The notes beneath the pieces were generated by a model. It was not told where the DNA came from and made no database searches. It saw nothing but the letters and a program-made list of their open reading frames with translations. From the NCBI GenBank assembly GCA_951406725.2, contig OX597816.1, forward strand, positions 38,502,001 through 38,566,000: DNA of 64,000 nt, written 5' to 3'. Below, in pieces: positions 56,221 through 64,000 of the stretch; the first letter of the stretch is position 1, and every line of letters begins with the position of its first letter. This DNA comes from Octopus vulgaris (Eukaryota). Made by a program: the position numbers and the translations under genes.

Positions 56221-57173
56221 TGACAATTAAAGCCAACCCCAGTTTACTTGAAGGATTAAATTTGAGAAGATTAAAGGGGCAAAAATTTATCAAGCAAAAA
56301 ATTTTGTTGGAAACTAGCACTTTGACAAATATGAAATGAAAAAAAAAATTTTAGACTCCTTGTCAATAGGATCTGAATACAGGACAGTCTTTGAAATACT
56401 TGGTGACTGGACAAGAGATGAGTTGAATAGTTAACTGATTCTCTGTACTAGTATAATGTCTACAGCAACTTGGTGAGGTTAGTATTTAGCAAGAGAAACA
56501 AGAACAAGGAGTGAGTTTTACAGGGTTAAAGTTCTGAGTAGAAAGTATTTAGTGAGAGTTTGTAGGGTGTAATGACATAGAGATGACTAACAGAGCAAAG
56601 GATAATTAGGTACTTTGGATGGAAACGGTATACAGCTTATTTATTCAGAAAAACAGAGGTTACTGTAATAAAACATACTGTAACAAAACAGGACAAAAGA
56701 TGAAACAGTATGTCTGTAGGTTAGTGGCTGGAAAATGGTGAGAAAATCTTTGCCAATCAGAAGGATACCTTTTCAGATTTAGTCAATGATGATAGTGGTG
56801 GTGATGGCAGTGGTGTGGTAGTAATAGCAGAAGTAGGAAATGTGGAATGTTGTACAACATAATCTCAGTAAAAAATGTTTAAAGCCAGGTGAAGGCGTAG
56901 TCATGTGGTAAGAAGTTTGCTTTCTAACTACATGGTTCTGTGTTCAGTCTTACTGCATGGCACTTAGGCAAGAGTCTTTTGCTATAGCCCCTGGCCAGCC
57001 AAAGCCTGTCTGTGTGTGTATATATCCACCACCATCACCATCACAACTGGTGTCAGTTTGTTTACATCCCCCAAAGCTTAAAGATTTGGCAAAAAGAGAT
57101 CGATAGAATAAGTACCAGGCTTTAAAAAAGATACTGGAGTCAATTTGTTTCATTAAACCCATGAAGGCAGTGT

Positions 57174-57489
57174 GGAGGTGCAATGGCCCAGTGGTTAGGG
57201 CAGCGGACTCGCAGTCGGAGGATCACAGTTTTTGATTCCCAGACTGGGCGTTGTGTGTGTTTATTGAGCGAAAACACCCAAAAGCTGCACAAGGCTCCAG
57301 CAGGGGGTGGTGGCGACCTCTGTTGTACTCTTTCACCCCAACTTTCTCACTCTCTTTCTTCCTGTTTCTTGAGTAATGTTGCGATGGACTGGTGTCCCGT
57401 CCAGCTGGGGGGGAACACATATGCCATAGAAACCGGGAAACTGGGCCCATGAGCCTGGCTAGGCTTGAAAAGGATGCATAAATAAATAA
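57174..57489 (+). mobile_element. Distinct tRNA-derived SINE nested in a family-D SINE
   Basis: Head ggaggtgcaatggcccagtggttaggg, (AAAT)n tail, flanked by aaggcagtg / aaggcaatg as a probable TSD. Confidence 0.75.
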
Positions 57490-57819
57490 AGGCAATGCCC
57501 CAGTATGGCCACAGTCTAACAACTGAAACAAGTTAAAAAAGAGAAATCACTCCAAAAAGTAAGATAGACGAAGAAATGGAATAGTTCAACAAAACTTAGA
57601 ATCAAACAATCTATCAACCAATCTTAAACCTTGCATGTAAAGTGAAAGGAGCTCAAATCAAATTAAAGAATAGCATGTAGTAGAGCAATGAATCTGTGAA
57701 ATATCAGAACTAATAACATTTCTAATAAAATCTGATAAATATTAATAACCGTTCTATTTTCTTTTAAGAAATGTAATGCTTCCTCATTATAAATAGAGTT
57801 TATAGAAAAGATAACTCAC

Positions 57820-58325
57820 CTCACAAGCAAACGGCTTTTCTCCCGTGTGCTTGCGGACATGTCGTGTTAAATCTGCTGGACTCTTCTTCACAATGCCACA
57901 GTATGGACAAGTGCGGTCCTGTGAAGACAGGCCGAAGCTTACATCCACCCCTAAGGACGATTCTGTTGATTTCTGGGCATTTAAGCGACAATTTCGTAAA
58001 CTTCGTCGCAGTTGTCGTGCACCGCTTTCGGTACTTTTCGGATCACATGAAAGCAGTTTCGATTCTTGTTCACTTGTTTTCTTATCATATTTATCACGAT
58101 TTTTCACATTCTTATCACAGTTTTTAGCAACAGTCTTGACAGCTTCATCAGCTAGAGAGGAACCTTCTACTATTGTATCACTATCACTGGTGTCTGCTTT
58201 TCTGAGGGAATCATCCTCATCGTCAGTAGCAGTTGGCTCTTCAACTCTCTCATTCTGGGTGGAGTTGTCTTTAGACTTACGGCTGGTAGACTCTAAAGAA
58301 CTTTGTTCTAGTGAAACACCTTCAT
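57820..58325 (-). CDS. Multi-zinc-finger transcription factor, coding exon A (acidic/Ser-rich region, ZF1, first half of ZF2)
   Basis: Acceptor ttttcag|AT (phase 1) at 58325 and donor GAG|gtgagt at 57820. Encodes (D)EGVSLEQ...CPYCGIVKKSPADLTRHVRKHTGEKPFACE with a canonical HTGEKPF linker. Confidence 0.9.
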
Positions 58326-58455
58326 CTGAAAACAGAGAGAATATAGAGATGCTCAGAAATATAAAAATATACTGAAACACTTTATAAATGACAACAACAA
58401 CAACAATAATAATAATAATAATAACAATAATAATAATAATAATAATAATGATAAT

Positions 58456-59150
58456 AATCCTTTCTACTATAGGCACAAGGCCTGGATTTTTGTAGGGAGG
58501 AGGACAATTGATCACATCGACCCCAGTACTTGACTGGTATTTAATTTATTGGCCTTGAAAGGATGAAAGGCAAAGTCGACTTTGGTGGAATTTGAATTTA
58601 GAATGTAGTGACAGATGAAGTACCACGAAGCATTTCACCCAGCGTGCTAACAATTCTGCTACCTTGCCACCTTAATGATAATGATAATAATAATGACAAA
58701 GATAATAGTTTCTGATTTAGAGACAAGGCCAACTATTTTGAGGAGAGAGGATTAGTCAATATCATTGACTCCAGTACTTGACTAGTACTTTATTTTATTA
58801 ACCCCAATAAGATGGAAGCAAAGTTGATCTTGGTGAGATCAAAACTAAGAACAAATAAAAGCATTTGATGATGATAATACATGGTTTCAAATTTTGGCCC
58901 AAGGTTTGCAAGTTTATGGGGAGGGGGTGAGTCAATTACATCAACCCCAGTGCTCAACTGCTATTTATTTTATTGACCCTGAAAGGTTGGATGGCTTGAT
59001 AGGAGCTGGCAAGGCCAGGGGCCACACCAGGTTCTATAGTCTGTTTTGGCTTGGTTTCTACAGCTGGATGCCCTTCCTAACACCAACCACATCAGAATGT
59101 ACTGAGTAGTTTTTACATGGCACCAGCACCAATGCTTTTTACATGGCACC
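58456..59150 (-). mobile_element. Three family-B SINE copies followed by a family-A RTE 3' fragment (58985-59150)
   Basis: Homology to the other copies in the window; (AAT)n tract at 58385-58458. Confidence 0.8.
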
Positions 59151-60374
59151 TTGGATATCAATTCTTTGAGGTGGATGAGTCTTCTTGAGTACAGCAATGT
59201 ACCACACACCTGTCTTTTATCATTTCCTTTGTAAGGCGCGATATTTTGGAAATGACAAAGGACTGAGAAAAAAATACTAGAGAACTCTTGAAATACTTTC
59301 CATGTCTCAGGAGACCTCCAGATAAAAAAATTAATATGTACTTTCATTAATTTTTCGTAAAGTTAAATTTCCCAAGTAATTTAACAAAACATAAAATTGT
59401 CTTTGAAAGGTTTGGCACTGCTAAATCTATCAAATATTACAAAAAATGGTTTAAGAAATTTCATCTTTACTGAGACCTTGTTAAATCTAAATTTCCCGAC
59501 AATTCCCTATCAAGACTTCATTTCTTTTCCATTAGGGTCTCTTACTCATGCCAGGATTTCCCAACATGAAGGAATATGTTGAGCTTGTAATAATAAAATT
59601 ATGAACACAGAATTAAACACATAAATTATTCACAAATGTATTTGTTATTTAAGTTATTTATTGGGTTTTTTTTTGTTTGTTTTTATGGAACCCCTAAATA
59701 CTTCTTACAAAATCCTAGGGTTCTAAAATTTTGCAAGAGTTGGAAATCACTAATTACTGAGATTTTATCAAAGCATGCAAATAATTATATTTCACAAAGT
59801 ACAATATGAAAGTTGTCAGTGGTAGTGATAGTGGTGGTTAAGGGTCTGAAAGGAAACAGGGTAGAGAGATACACTCAAGGAGTAAGAGAAGTGAGTAAAA
59901 AAAAAAGAGATATAGAAAGAAAGGAGGAAGCCAAATCTGATTCATCTCATACTCTACTATCTTAAAATACACACACACACACACTGGATAAGGTAGTTTT
60001 AGATACATTGTACCTGAAACAAAATAAATCAAAAACAAAACAGGAGATAGACTCGAATGGGATGACTTTCATCAAAGGTCCACTTGACCGGGGTTGAGAT
60101 GGGGCTAAACAACATTGGTTTTGTAAAGGGAAAGAAACTAGCAGTGCGAAACAGCATATATATGTGTGTGTGTGTGTTTGTGTGTGAGTGTGTAGTTGAA
60201 ATTTACAGAAAAGCAAAAGATGAAGACAGGTGTATAAACGTGAAACGGATGTGTTAGTTTAACGCTCAGGAAGGTGAGAAAATCTTTTACATTTCAAGCC
60301 TATGCTCTCCAGCAGAAAGGAACACGAGGAAATAAAGAGAGAGAGAATAAAAAATCTTTTGGAGCTAGCGGTCA

Positions 60375-60413
<39 letters not shown>

Positions 60414-61489
60414 CTGGTGTGTTTACGTCCCCGTCACTTAGCGGTTCGGCAAAAGAGACCGATAGAATAAGTACTGGGCTTACAAAGAATAAGTTCCGGG
60501 GTCGATTTGCTCGACTAAAGGCGGTGCTCCAGCATGGCCGCAGTCAAATGACTGAAACAACTAAAAGAGTAAAAGAGTAATATATAGTTGCTCACTACAT
60601 TTACAGTCCTTACAGTTAGAGACTCATGGTGGTAAGTGGATAAGAGTAGATATAGTGTTTTAGAGATCAAGGTTGATAGCTATAGTTACAGGGGATTTAA
60701 AAAAAAAAGAAAAACATTAGAAACAGGTAGTGGTCAGTGTTGTCAAAAATTATTCACTGGAGTATTTGACAATCTAGGATTGTCCCTTCCTCTGAGAGAG
60801 ATAACACAACAGCTCTTCCTACTACTACTAAGTCAAAGTGAATGGAGTTGTCATTTTTGGCAATGATGGTTCAGTTGTCTCTATCAACTCAATTGCCAGC
60901 TGGCTGAATTAGCAAGTGAGTAGCTGAGTATTTCAGATGGACATGTGTAGCTTTAATGTTATTCTAAGGCAGAATCAGTATAATACTGTGTACGACAAGA
61001 CTGTATTGTTGAATTACTAGTACAATCCATCCAATGGGCTTCCACAAAGGATTTGTCCAACCATTTTCACTCATAAGGAAATAGCAAAAGATACTTGCCT
61101 GAGATGCCATATGGTGAATGGCGAACCTCATGTTTGCAGGCTATACTTTTTAACTATTCAATTATACTGCAGCTATATTACTACTACCACATCACTACTT
61201 CAGTATGTAATATTATTTTAATTATAAACCTGAGTTTAAAGAACTTAAATACATAAACGACATCTCCCAAATATATACGGTAATACTTTTCCATAAGAAT
61301 TGGTAACAGGAAGGGCATCCAGCCTCAATGAAAGTATGGAAAAGTGGACATTAAAATGGTGACAATGGTTTTTTTAAACAATTTCAAATAAAGGAAGCAC
61401 ATACCAATGTTATTTTGCATATTTTTGAACTAATGTCGAACAAATAACAGAAACTAACAAAGTCTTCTAAATTAAGTTACATCATTAAC

Positions 61490-61900
61490 AACTATATAAT
61501 GCAATAATGCTGCTAACAGTTCTGTATGGTAGTGAAACATGAAGAGTGTCAGCAAAGGTGGCCATGAAGCTGGATATGTCCTACCAACAATGTCTACAGA
61601 AGATCTTCAAAGTCATTTGGCAAGATATAATTACAAACGTGGATATTATTCTCAGAAGCAAATCCTAGCCCCTACAAAACATTAGGACACCACATTGGTT
61701 TTGCTTGGCAGATCACAATTTACACTTGCCAACTATTCAACATATGACACACAAAAACTGCAATGACATGGGCACCAAAAACAGAAAAACAAGAGTCAGC
61801 CCCAAAATACATAGAGATGGATAGCCCAGGAAGACCTCAAATACACAAGAACCAGTTGGACAAGACATCAAAAAAAGAAAAAGAAAAACAGATGAAGAGC
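61490..61900 (+). mobile_element. Decayed RTE-clade LINE C-terminal fragment
   Basis: Reads VLYGSET*...YQQCLQKIFKVIWQDIITN (LYG.ETW / F.Q.CLR.IL.I.W.D.I.N motifs). Confidence 0.75.
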
Positions 61901-63060
61901 CAACCCAAGAACACCAGGAGCTGGATAGTCCATGAAGACCTCAGTTGCACAAGAACCAGTTGCAGAAGAGCAAAAAGAATTATAGCATACTGGCCACACA
62001 GGATGAATCTTGCTGTCTTCTGCATCTCACAAAAAGCCTAATTAGTAGACGTATACATTGTATATCATTATATCCAAAGAGTTCAAAAGGAAAAGAATTA
62101 GCATTCTATTTAACAAAATACTTTAAATTTTTCAATTTACTTTTGATTTTTAACAATTATAATTGAAAAAATATATATACAAAACCATAGTTATCAACCT
62201 TATCTCTAGGGTGAGCAAAAATCTACCTCCTGATAGTAAAGTAGACCTGTTTGGGAATCCCTTTTGTAAGGTATTGTGTGACATAGTCTGGAACTAAGAA
62301 TAATATATTTAGAGAATATATTTGTTGTTGTTTAGCTACAGATCAGTCTTGATTGGATTTTAGATAGTGTATCTAGGAGTATATAACAATATACCTTCGT
62401 GATTTAAGGGAGATTTGACTGCTGTATCTGGCAAGTTGAGCAATGGGAATAGAAGCTCCTTCGCTGGTTCATAGGAAATATTGTTTGTTAACACTGGCAA
62501 AATATAAAGATATAGACTACATAATGTTGTCTGGCTGCAACAATAAATAGCAAAATAACCTATTTCTCTTTATGAAGTTTGACAGTTTACCAATTAGACT
62601 AACTTCATTATTTGGTAAAATAATGAAAATGAATGGATTTTTACTCCATCAATGTGAAACAGTTATTACAATTAATGAAATGAATCAGTTGAAGAAATTA
62701 AGTTTTAGCTTCCATATATTGTAGGTCCAAAAACCACAGACCTAATAATAAAACAATGTTACATTCTGATAAGAAAGTTTCAATTTAAAGAGCAATGCTA
62801 AAGTTTCAACTGATATTTGTTAGTTGTGTTTAACATGTAACAAAGGTCTGGTGCTAGATGTAAGCATTTACTTTGATGAGAATATGGGAAAAGAGTTTAT
62901 TGAAAATAAATGTGACTCCATGTGAAATTGAGGAAGAAATACAAACAGCACCAGGAGAGCCATATTTATTCTGAAGATCACATTACTAATTTGCAATGGT
63001 TTTTCTTCAATTGTCTTGACTCAGAATTTTCATCTGATTTAGGTCTACTTTCATTCTCAC

Positions 63061-63265
63061 CCATTTCAATGCTAACCAGATTCACATTCTTTTCACAATA
63101 CCAAGCACAAAATATTGATTTTGAAGAGATGAGTACACAGACAATAAAAGTGGTCCCTAGTATATTACTGTTGAGAGTTTCAGTTATGACTAGGATATCA
63201 AATAGCTGTCTGTGAAGATCTAAAACTTTCTACTACATCACTAGCACTGCATTATGCCAACACAC
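63061..63265 (-). CDS. Candidate 5' exon of the zinc-finger gene carrying the start codon (ATG G|gtgaga)
   Basis: ATG at 63064-63062 followed by G and a GTGAGA donor gives phase 1, matching exon A (M-D-E-G-V). A long pyrimidine tract lies just upstream (~63274-63296). No independent support. Confidence 0.3.
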
Positions 63266-64000
63266 TAACACTCGAAAAGAAAAGAAAAAGAAAAAATAGC
63301 ACAAGCCAGGTTGCTGTAAATTGATACCATAAATAAAGCTTATTTTGTTACAAACAACAGGAACATTCTACCATAGACCCAACACGTGTACTTATTGGCT
63401 TCTAATACTTAAACAAAATCCTACAGTTTGGAAAGCATCCTGGATACATTACATGAAGACAAGGTCTTCTGTGTTGACTTGGCAATTAAATAAGACTCTT
63501 CTTCATGGTTGGCACTCACAATCAAGTATGAATTGGTAGAAGTATTTTTTCTTTTTTAATATATACAGTGAAAGAACTTTAGAGATGTTTTGCTCCTTTT
63601 TGGGATTACAGACCAAAGGTGCTTGCATAAACCTGACCACAGGTATTGTAGAATACTATTGGCCAACCTGGTGTAGAGAATCTTGCTCTAGCCTTTTCTC
63701 TTCTTTCTTCTTGTTCCATCCAGTTCAATGCCGCAACATTTATTTCTGCCACTGTTTGCAGTCAGTTGCTGTTTACTCCCATGCAGTCACAATCAAGCCA
63801 CTCATTTCATTGGAATGTTGTTTGATGACATCTTAATAACAGAGTTTCAGACTCCGCTTTGATAGCTTCTGCATATTTTTCATGGAATTCACTCATATCA
63901 TATTACAGATAATATATTATCAAATGTAAATGGTGAAAGGTAAAATGAAATTTACTGCAAGTTATAAGAATTGTGGCATATCCAGCTTGTTAGAATTTGA

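Noticed and set aside
58326-58515. Hydrophobic poly-Ile N-terminus of ORF 57787-58515
   Set aside because: Intronic (AAT)n tract plus SINE sequence upstream of the real acceptor at 58325; not a transmembrane segment.

Overview
AT-rich, microsatellite- and SINE-dense metazoan DNA. The repeat landscape resembles a coleoid cephalopod, probably Octopus; this is an inference. The window is dominated by one minus-strand multi-exon gene. I assembled six coding exons by hand (58325-57820, 53247-52582, 48629-46054, 37746-37598, 21178-21095, 18227-18019), all with GT-AG splice sites and consistent phases. They encode about 1,396 aa with 12 zinc fingers in a 2+2+2+2+4 arrangement (the last is C2HC), two AT-hook motifs and a poly-Pro tract. 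The three 3' exons are missing from the ORF track, and the start codon is not securely located (candidate at 63064). Introns and the downstream region hold tRNA-derived SINEs, 5'-truncated RTE LINEs, TTAA piggyBac-type MITEs (one nested in a copy of its own family), an internally deleted Tc1 element, a non-autonomous Helitron and several long foldback hairpins. The most notable feature is a 666-nt phase-0/0 exon whose two junctions both split a finger at the same CE|VC position. Skipping or circularising it would rebuild intact fingers, and one RTE 3' repeat alternates in orientation across the introns around it. I found no prokaryote-type system such as CRISPR.
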